Source: an uncultured Candidatus Rokubacteria bacterium (GTDB lineage: Bacteria > Methylomirabilota > Methylomirabilia > Rokubacteriales > CSP1-6). Taken from it: DNA of 64,000 nt. A program made the position numbers and the translations under genes. The stretch is from contig CAVXJS010000007.1 of NCBI GenBank assembly GCA_963762145.1, forward strand, positions 1 to 64,000, given 5' to 3'. Below the pieces are notes generated by a model. The model was given only the letters and a program-made list of their open reading frames with translations, made no database searches and was not told the origin of the DNA. Positions 29,172 to 38,964 of this stretch are shown in pieces (the first letter of the stretch is position 1; every line of letters begins with the position of its first letter).

Positions 29172-30197
29172 TCAGCCCATCACCGCGGATGGCGGCTTGA
29201 CCTCGAGCTCGGAGAGGGCGCCGCGGGCGATGACCGCGCGCTTGTAGGCGACCGCCCGCGCCCGCATCACCGCGCCGAGCGGGCGGTGCTCGACCAGCGC
29301 GTGCCACGGATCGAAGGACAGGCGTTCGACGTAGGCGGCCAGCGCCCGGCCCGCGCGCGACTCGGTCGCCTGCGCGGGGATCGCCAGGCGCGCCAGGGGC
29401 ACCCACGGCGCGTCACGCTCGGCCCACTCCACCGTCGGATCCTCGATCGGCGTGCGGGCCTCGTCCACGAAGCGCTGCGCCTCCACGCGGAAGGACAGCG
29501 GGGACGCCCGCACGCGGGCCTGGAGCTCGACCGCCAGCACGTCCGCGCCCCCCACCGGCGGCACCGGCGGCGGCACGTCCGTCGGGCGGAAGCGCAGCTT
29601 GACCGCGTGCGGGCCGAGGCGGAGGGGGACCGCGGTGAAGTAGGTGCGCTCGGCCAGGCTGCGGGTCGTGGAGTCCAGCGAGCGCTGCAGGCGGGGCAGC
29701 GCCCCGAAGAGGCCGAGCGGGCCGTAGTGCCGGAGGACCGCGCCGAGCACCGCGAGCTTGCTCCGACGGGACGCCACCGCGATGTCCACGAAGGCGGCCG
29801 GGTCCTTGAACGGGAAGACGGGGGAGAGGATCGTGAGGAAGTCCTGCGTGGACGCGGCCTCGAGTCCGGAGATCACCTTCCGGCCGGTCACGCCCAGGAT
29901 CTTCACCGCGAGCCCGCGCACGTCCGGCACCCGGTCGCTCTGTGCCCGCCCCGCGCCGGAGGAGAAGCGCACGAACGCGTCGTAGCTGCCCGGCTCGGCG
30001 AAGAGGCCGTGGCGCAGGTCGCGCGGGGCCTCGGTCACCTCGAACCGCGCGTGCAGGGCGGCGAGCGCCTTGCGGTGGAGCGGCCGGCCGTGGAGTCGGC
30101 CGCCGCCGAGGAGGCGCGCGGCGAGGGCGTCGAGGCGCGCGGCCTCGCCCTCCGGAATCACCTCTCGCCACGTCGGCGGCTCGCTCACGCCCGCCAC
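29172..30197 (-). CDS. Catalase-related heme protein
   Basis: LHRK distal His, FVRFSSG, DVRGLAVK, FDPWH..HRPLG..RARAVAY proximal Tyr. Confidence 0.85.
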   Translation of the reverse strand: MAGVSEPPTWREVIPEGEAARLDALAARLLGGGRLHGRPLHRKALAALHARFEVTEAPRDLRHGLFAEPGSYDAFVRFSSGAGRAQSDRVPDVRGLAVKILGVTGRKVISGLEAASTQDFLTILSPVFPFKDPAAFVDIAVASRRSKLAVLGAVLRHYGPLGLFGALPRLQRSLDSTTRSLAERTYFTAVPLRLGPHAVKLRFRPTDVPPPVPPVGGADVLAVELQARVRASPLSFRVEAQRFVDEARTPIEDPTVEWAERDAPWVPLARLAIPAQATESRAGRALAAYVERLSFDPWHALVEHRPLGAVMRARAVAYKRAVIARGALSELEVKPPSAVMG

Positions 30198-30240
30198 GCT
30201 AGCAGAGATCCAAGCGGGCGGGCGGCGGAACTTGCGGTGG

Positions 30241-30534
30241 TCAGCTACACACGTAATGCGGGGCGTAGCCCACCCAGGTCACCGTGTTGCCCCACTGATC
30301 CGTGTTCCAGAACTGCGCCGGATACCAGTACGCGACGCGGCACTGCGGGGCGGCGGCCGCGCCGGGGGCGCGGTAGAACCACGGCATGCCCGGCATGTTC
30401 TGATTCTTGCGGAACCACCAGGGCAGTCGCTGGTCGTTCGGCGCGGTCGGCGCAGGCACGCCTTGAGCGGACGCGAGCGAGACCTGGCCGACGACGGCCA
30501 GCAGCACCACGGCAGCGACGATGAGCTTCTTCAT
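30241..30534 (-). CDS. Small secreted Trp-rich protein
   Basis: RBS GAGGGAG; signal peptide MKKLIVAAVVLLAVVGQVSLASA; 7 Trp and 2 Cys in the mature part. Confidence 0.7.
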   Translation of the reverse strand: MKKLIVAAVVLLAVVGQVSLASAQGVPAPTAPNDQRLPWWFRKNQNMPGMPWFYRAPGAAAAPQCRVAYWYPAQFWNTDQWGNTVTWVGYAPHYVCS

Positions 30535-30650
30535 GCGGGACTCCCTCGAGCGGCCTCGGGACGGGGCGGATTGCCCGGGAGTCTAGGCGAAGAGGGCGGG
30601 TCTGTCAAAGGGGCCGCGGCGGGGCAGGCAGGCCCCGGCCGGGTTGCCGT

Positions 30651-33600
30651 CTAGCGGCGGGCGCGCGCGGCGCGCAGGCCGCGCCGGCTGATGCGGACGA
30701 GGCTCTGCCAGCCCAGCATCCGCGCGAGGTCCTCGAAGAGTGAGTAGGCCACCGGCGTCACCAGGAGCGTCAGCAGCAGGGAGAGGGTCTGCCCGCCGAT
30801 CACCACGACCGCGATGGCCCGGCGCTCCTCGGCCCCCGGCCCCGAGCCCACCGCGAGCGGCAGCATGCCGGCCACCAGCGCGAGCGTGGTCATCAGGATC
30901 GGGCGCAGGCGGTCACGGTTGGCCTGCATGATGGCGGGCAGGCGCTCCATGCCGTGGGTCCGGAGCGTGTTCATGTGGTCGATCTGGAGGATCGAGTTCT
31001 TCTTCACCACGCCGAAGAGGACGAGGATGCCGAGGGCCGAGTACAGATTGAGGGTGTGGCTGGTGAGCCAGAGCGACAGGAGCGCGAACGGGACCGAGAG
31101 AGGCAGCGAGATCAGGATGGTCAGGGGGTGGACGAGGCTCTCGAACTGCGAGGCCAGGATCATGTACATGAAGATCACGGATAGCAGGAACACCCACAGG
31201 AACTCCACGAAGGTGCGCTCGAGCTCCCGGGCCCGGCCCGCGATCGCGGTGGTGTAGGCCGAGGGCAGGTTCATCTGGGTGACCGCGCCCCGGAGCGCCT
31301 GGATGCGGTCGGCCTGGCCGAAGCCGGGCAGCACCGACGCGCGGAGCCGGTTCTCGCGCTGGCGGTCCGAGCGATCGATGCGAGACGCCCCCTCCGCGGT
31401 GACGATCTTCACGACGCTGTCGAGGCGGACGAGCCCGCTCCCGCCCTGGCGCGGCACGTAGAGGCGCGCGATCGCGCGGGGATCGCGGCGGTCACCGGCC
31501 GTGACCCGCAGCTGCACGTCGTAGTCGTCGTTGACGGTCGGATCCAGGAAGCGTGAAACCTCCTGGTCACCGCCCACCATGAGGCGGAGGGTCTCGGCGA
31601 CCTGCTCGGTGTCCACGCCGAGGTCGGCGGCCCGCGCGCGGTCGATCTCGACCCGGAACTCCGGCTTGTCGAGCTTGAGGGTGGTGTCGGGGTCGGCGAT
31701 GCCGCCCAGGTCGCGGGCCCGCTCCCGCAGGGTCTCGCCGTAGCGCGCGAGCGCGTTGAGGTCCGGGCCCCGGATGATGAAGTCGATGTCGAAGCTGCCG
31801 CCGCCGGTGTTGAACGAGGGCGCGTTCCGCACGGAGGTGCGCACGTCGGGAATGCGGGCCAGCCGGCGGCGGACTTCCAGCATCACGTCGCGCTGGCTCC
31901 AGAGTCCACGGAATCCCGCGAGCGGATCGCCGGAGACCACTCCGCGCCAGACGCGCGCGAACGTGACGGTGCGCTCCCCGTGGGGGGCCAGGCGCACGTA
32001 GGCGGTGCCCTCGTTGACCTGGCCCAGGAAGCCCCCGCCCGCCGAGGCGAGCACGAGCCGCACCCCGGGGGCGGACGCGATCACTCCGGCCACCCGCTGC
32101 ATGACCTCGTCCATGGCGGTCACGCTCACGTTCTGGGGAGCGGTGACCCGGACGTCGAACTCCGCCTCGTCCACGTCGGTCGGGATGTACTCCTGCCGCA
32201 CGAGGCCGTACAGCGGTACCGTCGCCGCGATCACCAGGACGGCGATCAGGGCCACCGCGGTGCGGTGGCGCATGGAGCGGTCGAGCATCCACGCGTAGCC
32301 CCGGTCGATCCAGGCGTAGAAGCCGCCGCGCGACGCCGCGACGTGCTTCCCGCGGTCGCCCGCCGCCGGCTCGTCGTGCGTGCGGGTCTCGGCGCGCAGC
32401 AGCCGGGCGCTCATCATCGGGGTGAGGGTGAACGACACGAGCAGGGAGACCATCACCGCCACCGCCGCGGTGAGGCCAAACTGGTACAGGAAGCGGCCCG
32501 AGATCGACGACATGAACGACACCGGCACGAAGATGACCACCAGGCTGAGGGTGGTGGCGAGCACCGCGAGGCCGATGTCGGCGGTGGCCGCGCGGGCCGC
32601 CGCGAAGGGCTCCATCCGCTTCTCCTCGACGAAGCGGAAGATGTTCTCGAGCACCACGATCGCATCGTCGATGACGATACCCACCATGAGCACGAGGGCC
32701 AGCATGGTGACGCTGTTGAGCGTGAAGTTGAGCGCCCACATCATGCCGAAGGCGGAGATCACGGAAGCGGGGATCGCCACCGCCGCGATCAGGGTGGAGC
32801 GCCAGCTCCGCATGAAGGCGAGGACCACCAGCGACGCGAGGATGGCGCCCAGGATCAGATGCACGTTGATCTCGTGAAGCGCTGCGTAGATGTAGCGCGA
32901 CTGGTCCCGGATCACCTCGAGCCGGACGCCGGGAGGCAGCTGCCCGACGATGCGGACGAGGTTGGCCTTGGCCGCCTCGATGACCGCGATCGTGTTAGCG
33001 CCGGATTGCCGCCGTACCTCCAGGGTCACGGTGGGGACGCCGTCGAGCCGCGCGATCGAGCGCTGCTCCTTGGTCCCGTCCTCGGCGTGGCCGATGTCGC
33101 GCACTCGGACCGCCACCCCGTTGATGGTGGCAAGGACCAGGTCGTCGAAGTCCTTCGGATCCAGCACCCGGCCCATCGTGCGCAGGGCGGCCTCGTGTGC
33201 GCCTTCGGTGACGTTGCCGCCGGGCAGGTCGGCGTTCTGGCGGACGATCGCGGCGCGTACTGCGGTGATCGGGATCTGGTAGGCGGCCAGGCGGTCGGCG
33301 TCGACCCAGACGCTGATGGCCCGCTCGAGGCCGCCCACGAGCCGCACCTCGCCGACCCCCGAGGAGCGCTCGAGCCGGACCTTCACCACCTTGTCGGCCA
33401 GCTCGGTCAGCTCCCGGAGCGGCCGGTCGCCCGCGAGCGCCACCGTCATCACCGGCGACGACTCGTTATCGGACTTGGAGATGATCGGCGCGAGGGTATC
33501 GCGCGGAAGATTTCGGATCACGGTGGCGACCTTGTCGCGGACGTCCTGGGTGGCCACGTCGATGTTCCGGGACAGCTCGAACGTGACGATCACCACCGAG

Positions 33601-33866
33601 TTGCCCGGGCCCGAGATCGATCGCAGCTCGCTGATGCCGGCCACCGTGTTCACGACCTCCTCGATCCGCTGGGAGACCTGGATCTCCATCTCCTCGGTGG
33701 AGGCGCCCGGCAGCGTGGTGCGCACCGTGACGGTGGGGAGATCGACGGCGGGAAAGCGGTCCACTCCGAGCCGGAAGTAACTGGCCGCCCCCACCACGAC
33801 GAGCGCGAGGACGAGCATCGTCGCGAAGACGGGGCGACGGATGCAGACCTCGGCGAGCTTCTGCAC
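30651..33866 (-). CDS. RND efflux transporter permease (AcrB-like)
   Basis: 1071 aa; IRRPVFA, GIVIDDAIVVLENI, KNSIL, RLRPILMTT. Confidence 0.95.
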   Translation of the reverse strand: MQKLAEVCIRRPVFATMLVLALVVVGAASYFRLGVDRFPAVDLPTVTVRTTLPGASTEEMEIQVSQRIEEVVNTVAGISELRSISGPGNSVVIVTFELSRNIDVATQDVRDKVATVIRNLPRDTLAPIISKSDNESSPVMTVALAGDRPLRELTELADKVVKVRLERSSGVGEVRLVGGLERAISVWVDADRLAAYQIPITAVRAAIVRQNADLPGGNVTEGAHEAALRTMGRVLDPKDFDDLVLATINGVAVRVRDIGHAEDGTKEQRSIARLDGVPTVTLEVRRQSGANTIAVIEAAKANLVRIVGQLPPGVRLEVIRDQSRYIYAALHEINVHLILGAILASLVVLAFMRSWRSTLIAAVAIPASVISAFGMMWALNFTLNSVTMLALVLMVGIVIDDAIVVLENIFRFVEEKRMEPFAAARAATADIGLAVLATTLSLVVIFVPVSFMSSISGRFLYQFGLTAAVAVMVSLLVSFTLTPMMSARLLRAETRTHDEPAAGDRGKHVAASRGGFYAWIDRGYAWMLDRSMRHRTAVALIAVLVIAATVPLYGLVRQEYIPTDVDEAEFDVRVTAPQNVSVTAMDEVMQRVAGVIASAPGVRLVLASAGGGFLGQVNEGTAYVRLAPHGERTVTFARVWRGVVSGDPLAGFRGLWSQRDVMLEVRRRLARIPDVRTSVRNAPSFNTGGGSFDIDFIIRGPDLNALARYGETLRERARDLGGIADPDTTLKLDKPEFRVEIDRARAADLGVDTEQVAETLRLMVGGDQEVSRFLDPTVNDDYDVQLRVTAGDRRDPRAIARLYVPRQGGSGLVRLDSVVKIVTAEGASRIDRSDRQRENRLRASVLPGFGQADRIQALRGAVTQMNLPSAYTTAIAGRARELERTFVEFLWVFLLSVIFMYMILASQFESLVHPLTILISLPLSVPFALLSLWLTSHTLNLYSALGILVLFGVVKKNSILQIDHMNTLRTHGMERLPAIMQANRDRLRPILMTTLALVAGMLPLAVGSGPGAEERRAIAVVVIGGQTLSLLLTLLVTPVAYSLFEDLARMLGWQSLVRISRRGLRAARARR

Positions 33867-33867
33867 G

Positions 33868-35118
33868 TCAGGGGCTCGCGGTGACGGGCACGCCGGGCGC
33901 GACGCCGCCGGGCCGGACGATGACCGGCTCGCCGGGGGCGAGGCCGGAGAGGATCTCGAGGCGATCGCCGCTGCGGCGGCCGGTGGTCACCTGCTTCTCG
34001 ACCGCACGCCCGTCCTTGACCACCATTACCTTTTCAATTCCCGCGAACGTGATGATGGCCTCCGCGGGCACCGTGACGAGGCGGCGGTCCGGCTGCACGA
34101 CGATCTCCGCGCGGGCGAAGGCGCCCGGGCGCAGCCGGCCCTGCTCGTTGGGGATCTCGGCCTCGATCATGAGCGCCCGGTTCTGCTCGCTGATCGCGGG
34201 CGCCAGCCGGGCCACCCGGCCCTCGTACACCGTCGGATCGGTCTCGAGGGTGAGCCGAACGAGCTGGCCTTGCCGGATCGCGCCCGTCTCGCGCTCGGGC
34301 ACCGCGAGGCGGAGCCGGAGCGGGTTGATGCGCACCAGCGTGGCCACCGGCGCGCCGGCGTTCAGGAACTCGCCCACCGCGGCCTGGCGCGCGTTCATGG
34401 CCCCGTCGATCGGTGCCCGCAGCACGGTGTCCGCGAGCTGTTGCCGGGCCAGCTCGAGCTCGGTGCGCTTCTCGGCGAGGATGCCCAGCCGGTTGTTCAC
34501 TTCCTCGACCGCGTCGTGGTAGCGGCTCTCCGCGACCTTGGCGGCCGCCTCGGCGGTGTCGAGCTCGGCCCGCGCGATGAACTGCTGCTCCAGCAGCTTG
34601 ACCCGCCGATCGCGGGTGAGCAGCGCCTCGTCGAGCACCGCCTGGGCCTGCCGGACGAGGGGGGTCTTCGCGGGATCCACCCGATCGCTCCCGCCGTCCG
34701 CCGGCAGGCCGAGCCGCGCCCGCGCCTGCTGGATGGCGTTCTCCACGAGCTGCACCCGGAGCCGGAAGTCGGTGGGATCGAGGCGCGCGACCACGTCGCC
34801 CTGCTTCACGCGGGTGCCCAGGTCCACCGTGATCTCCGCGAGCCGGCCCGCGACCTTCATCCCCAGCACGATCTGCTCCTCGGCCGCGAGCGTGCCCGAG
34901 GCCACGACCACACCGGCCGCGCGCTCTTCCATGGCGGGGACGACCCGGACCGACGTGGTCTTCTCGGGGGTCGCGGCGCCCGCCGTCCCCGAAGGGGGAG
35001 CCTTCGCGGTGCTCGTCGTCGGGTAGTCGCTGCCGCAGCCGATCAGGAGCGTGAGGGCCAGCAGCGTGGCGGGAGCGGCGGTCAGGTTCCGGATAGTCGT
35101 CATGGGGAGATACCCCAT
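33868..35118 (-). CDS. RND efflux periplasmic adaptor (MFP), probable lipoprotein
   Basis: LLIGC lipobox-like motif, VAGRLAEITVDLG, LRAPIDG, LRPGAFAR. Confidence 0.92.
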   Translation of the reverse strand: MGYLPMTTIRNLTAAPATLLALTLLIGCGSDYPTTSTAKAPPSGTAGAATPEKTTSVRVVPAMEERAAGVVVASGTLAAEEQIVLGMKVAGRLAEITVDLGTRVKQGDVVARLDPTDFRLRVQLVENAIQQARARLGLPADGGSDRVDPAKTPLVRQAQAVLDEALLTRDRRVKLLEQQFIARAELDTAEAAAKVAESRYHDAVEEVNNRLGILAEKRTELELARQQLADTVLRAPIDGAMNARQAAVGEFLNAGAPVATLVRINPLRLRLAVPERETGAIRQGQLVRLTLETDPTVYEGRVARLAPAISEQNRALMIEAEIPNEQGRLRPGAFARAEIVVQPDRRLVTVPAEAIITFAGIEKVMVVKDGRAVEKQVTTGRRSGDRLEILSGLAPGEPVIVRPGGVAPGVPVTASP

Positions 35119-35224
35119 GGTCTCATGGGAGGAGGCTCACCCTTCAGTGACGGGCGGCCGCGGCCGGATATTCTCCCGCGCTCACCAGCGCGTCAAGCGG
35201 CGGCTGCGCCGGCTCGACCGGCCA

Positions 35225-35557
35225 CTATCGCCAGCCGCGGCGGCCATGCTCCGGCGCGCGGGTGGGTGTGGCCACCTGGACCGCGATGTTGCGGAGGAAC
35301 ATGACGGCCATGCTGTCCGACTCCACGCGCCACACGACCCCGGAGACCTCCATCATGGGCCCGTCCGGCGGCTGGAACTGCAGGTCGACGGGCGTCCCGG
35401 GCTGGATGTCCCGGCGTGGCCTGAGTCGGGCACCGTTGGCGCTCAGGTCCACGGTGTGGCAGCGGAGCCGGGTCTTGCCGACCGAGACCCAGGCAGTCCA
35501 CGAGACGTTCTTCCGGACGTGAAGTCGGCGGGTGGCGGAACGGGTAGAGGTATCCAT
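35225..35557 (-). CDS. PilZ domain protein
   Basis: RRLHVR (RxxxR) and DLSANG (DxSxxG) c-di-GMP-binding motifs. Confidence 0.85.
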   Translation of the reverse strand: MDTSTRSATRRLHVRKNVSWTAWVSVGKTRLRCHTVDLSANGARLRPRRDIQPGTPVDLQFQPPDGPMMEVSGVVWRVESDSMAVMFLRNIAVQVATPTRAPEHGRRGWR

Positions 35558-35770
35558 GGTTGCCAGATGCTTGAGCAAGCAGCGGGCCAGTCGCCTCGCC
35601 AAGGAAACCCGCCTGAATCCAGGGTTTGGCGTCATCGAGGGAGCGGGCAGGTTCCCATCGTGGTCACCGCGCGGCTCAAATCTTGGCAGGCCACGGGATG
35701 GTTGACAGCGGGCGGGCCACGGCGCAGCATCGGGGCCGCGTAAAATCTACCGCTGCGAGGAGACGCCCGG

Positions 35771-36958
35771 ATGAGCAAGACACGCCCAGAGTGGAGCCAG
35801 GAGATCACCAGGCGCGCGGACGATCTGATCGCGCTCCGGCGCGACTTCCACCGTCATCCCGAGCTGAGCCATCAGGAGCGGCGCACTGCGGAGATCATCG
35901 CGGAGCGTCTCCACGCGGCGAAGCTGGACGTGCGGACCGGCGTCGGCGGCACCGGGGTAGTGGGGGTGCTCCACGGCGACCGGCCGGGGCCGACCATCGC
36001 GTGGCGCGCCGACATCGACGCGCTGCCGCTCACCGAGCTGCTCGAGGCGCCCTTCACCTCCGGCACGCCGGGCGTGATGCACGCGTGCGGGCACGACGGC
36101 CACACCGCGATCGCGATCACGATGGCGGACATCCTGGCCGCGCGGCGCGCGGAGATGTCCGGGACCGCGGTGTTCCTCTTCCAGCCGGCCGAGGAAGTGC
36201 TGGGCGGCGCGCGGCCGATGATCGAGGCGGGGGCGCTCGACAACCCGCGGGTGGAGGAGATCTACGGCCTGCACCTCACGACCCAGCAGCCGGTCGGCCA
36301 GGTCCAGGTGCGCCCGGGCCCGTCCATGGCCTCGGCGGACGCGTTCACCGTCGAGGTGCGGGGCAGCGGTGGTCACGGCGCGATGCCGCATCTCTCCGTG
36401 GATCCCATCACCGCCGCCGCGAGCATCCTGCTCGGCATGCAGGCCCTCATCTCGCGCGAGGTCCCGGCCCAGGACACCGCGGTGCTCACGGTGGGGCAGA
36501 TCGTGTCCGGCACCAAGGGCAACATCATCCCGGACTCGCGCGATCATGCGGGGCACCATCCGCGCCTTCGAGCCGTCGGTGCGGGATCACCTCGTCGACC
36601 GGCTCGGCGCCTTCGCCGCCGATATCGCGAAGGCCTACCGCGCGGAGGCGACACGCGCTTCGACGGCGGCTCGTGCCCGGCGGTGGTGAATCACGCGAAG
36701 GAGACGGAGTTCGTGCGGGCGTGCGCGGTGGACGAGGTCGGGGGCGAGGCGGTGACCGACGGCCGCGTGGTCATGGCCAGCGACGACATGAGCCTCTTCC
36801 TGCGCGAGCGCCCGGGCTGCTACTTCCGGGTCGGCATCGGCTCCGCGACCGGCGCGGCCCGGCCGCACCACGCGCCGGAGTTCGAGATGAACGAGGCGGG
36901 CCTCCCGGTGGCGCTGCGCGTCGGACTGTCCGTGATGCGCGCCGCGCTGGCGCGCTGA
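35771..36958 (+). CDS. M20D amidohydrolase (compensating frameshifts around 36540-36655)
   Basis: RRDFHRHPELS, RADIDAL, MHACGHDGH, FQPAEE, PHHAPEF. Confidence 0.92.
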   Translation: MSKTRPEWSQEITRRADDLIALRRDFHRHPELSHQERRTAEIIAERLHAAKLDVRTGVGGTGVVGVLHGDRPGPTIAWRADIDALPLTELLEAPFTSGTPGVMHACGHDGHTAIAITMADILAARRAEMSGTAVFLFQPAEEVLGGARPMIEAGALDNPRVEEIYGLHLTTQQPVGQVQVRPGPSMASADAFTVEVRGSGGHGAMPHLSVDPITAAASILLGMQALISREVPAQDTAVLTVGQIVSGTKGNIIPDSRDHAGHHPRLRAVGAGSPRRPARRLRRRYREGLPRGGDTRFDGGSCPAVVNHAKETEFVRACAVDEVGGEAVTDGRVVMASDDMSLFLRERPGCYFRVGIGSATGAARPHHAPEFEMNEAGLPVALRVGLSVMRAALAR

Positions 36959-36974
36959 GCCGCGGCGCGCTGCC

Positions 36975-37742
36975 ATGGGCCGGCTCGGGGGGAAGGTGGC
37001 GGCGATCACCGGGGGGGCCTCCGGGATCGGCGAGGCGACTGCGCGGCGCCTCGCCGAGGAGGGTGCGCACGTGGCCCTCGCGGACATCGACGCGGAGCGG
37101 GGCCGCGTGGTGGCCGACGAGATCCGCGCCACCGGCGCCCGCGCGATCTTCGTGGAGACGCACACCGAGCGCGAGGCCGAGTGCGTCCGCTTCATCCGGG
37201 CCGCCCACGCGGAGATGGGTCGCCTGGACATCCTCGTCAACAACGCGGGGATGCGGCTCTACCAGACGGTGGTGGACGCGAGCGAGGAGAGCTGGGACGC
37301 GATCCTGGCCGTGAACGTGAAGGGCTACGCCTTCTGCGCGAAGGCGGCGATCCCCCTGATGCGCCAGACCGGGGGCGGCAGCATCGTCAACGTGGCCTCG
37401 ATCCGCTCGGTGGTCGCGGGCGGCAACATGGTGCAGTACGACACCACCAAGGCCGCGGTGGCGGGCCTGACCCGCGCGATGGCCCTCGACCACGCGGGCG
37501 AGGGGATCCGGGTGAATGCGGTGTGCCCGGGCCCGATCTTCACGCGCTTCCACGAGCGCCGGGCCACCACCGCCGGGAAGACCTTCGAGGAGTTCCGGAC
37601 CGCGTTCGGCCGCGGCACCATGCTGGGACGGCCCGGGACGCCGGCCGAGGTTGCGGCGTGCATCCTCTTCCTCGCGTCGGACGACGCCTCCTACGTCACC
37701 GGCACGTCGCTCTACGTGGACGGCGGCCAGGTCTCCCTCTAG
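36975..37742 (+). CDS. SDR family oxidoreductase
   Basis: TGGASGIG, NNAG, YDTTK. Confidence 0.92.
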   Translation: MGRLGGKVAAITGGASGIGEATARRLAEEGAHVALADIDAERGRVVADEIRATGARAIFVETHTEREAECVRFIRAAHAEMGRLDILVNNAGMRLYQTVVDASEESWDAILAVNVKGYAFCAKAAIPLMRQTGGGSIVNVASIRSVVAGGNMVQYDTTKAAVAGLTRAMALDHAGEGIRVNAVCPGPIFTRFHERRATTAGKTFEEFRTAFGRGTMLGRPGTPAEVAACILFLASDDASYVTGTSLYVDGGQVSL

Positions 37743-38792
37743 TTCGCGCCCGGCCCTGACAGGAACCCGGGTGCCGCCCCGATCGCGGCGGGCTCGGAGG
37801 GGTCCCAGGCGCGCAGACCGTCCACCGTCGCCCCCACCACGCGGGCCTTCACCGGCTCCTGACCGTTCACGGTCTGCGTGATGCGCGTGAAGAGCCGCTC
37901 GCCGGGCCGCGCCTCCCCGCGGATGTCCTGCCGGTAGGCGGAGAAGCCGGCGTAGCGTCCGGTGATGCGCGCGGTGAACGCTCCCGCGCCGGTGCCGGTC
38001 AGGATCAGCGTGTAGGGGCCCTCGTGGCCGCCCGGCACTTCCACGAGCCAGCGCTGCCCGCCCTTCGCCTCGGTGAGCGAGCCGAAGACCTGGTTGACCT
38101 CGACGTCGGGCGCGAGGAATCCCGCGGCCTGGCTCCCGTCGGGCATGCGCACCAGCGGCACCACCGGCCCCGTGGTCCGGACCTCGAGCGTGCTCGCGCT
38201 CGGCGCGAAGGGTTCGGCCGTCACCGCCGCGGCGAAGCGCGCCCGTGCGCGCTGCCCGGCCACCAGGACCGTGTCGGTCTGGCCGCTCTTGTCGGTGAGC
38301 CAGAGCGTGCCGCGCCGTGTCCAGCACACGAAGGTGCCGGCCGACTGCTCGGCGCCGATCAGCCCGTCGTGGGCGGTCGCGGTGTAGTCGTTGGACTCGA
38401 GCGTGAGGCGTCGAGCGACTGCCCGCCGCCTGCACCACGCGGGCCCACACGCGGCCGGTGTGGATCAGCATGCGAATCCCCGCCGCCTTGGCGCGGCCGG
38501 TCGGCGCCTGCTTCACCGTGATCTCGGTATCGGAGAGCAGGGTGACCGTGCTGCCGTTCAGGAACGTGATGAGCGCGGCGCCCCCGGCGCCGGTGCGGAT
38601 GCGGTCGCCCTCGGCCAGGTTCATCCCGGTGACGCCGGGCTCGGGCGCGTTCGCGTCGCCCCCGACGCGCTCCACCGGCGCGGTCAGCACGCTGAGCGTT
38701 GCGGTCACGGCGCCCTGAGCCATTCCCGAGGACGGGATCAGGAGGGGGGTCATCAGGACCATCGCCATCACGCTCTGCCGGTGCCACGTCAT
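37739..38792 (-). CDS. Secreted FecR-domain protein (frameshift near 38410)
   Basis: Signal peptide; LAEGDRIRTG..ITFLNGSTVTL..GRVWARV; C-terminal part is ORF 37739-38329. Confidence 0.75.
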
Positions 38793-38964
38793 CGTGCGCC
38801 TCCTTGGTTCGGGGGTGAGCCGGATGGACGGAGCCTGTGGGGAGCAAGCGGCGCGCCAGGCCTGGCCGCGGGATAAGTGGTCGTCCTGCTTGTGCTCTTC
38901 CGACGTCGCCGGGCAACACGCCCGAAGCGGAGATGGCAGTCCGCCCGGACGTCGCGAGGGGCTG

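Noticed and set aside
36771-38792. 673-aa FecR ORF
   Set aside because: After the frameshift near 38410 it reads off-frame and antisense to the SDR; the real gene ends at 37739.
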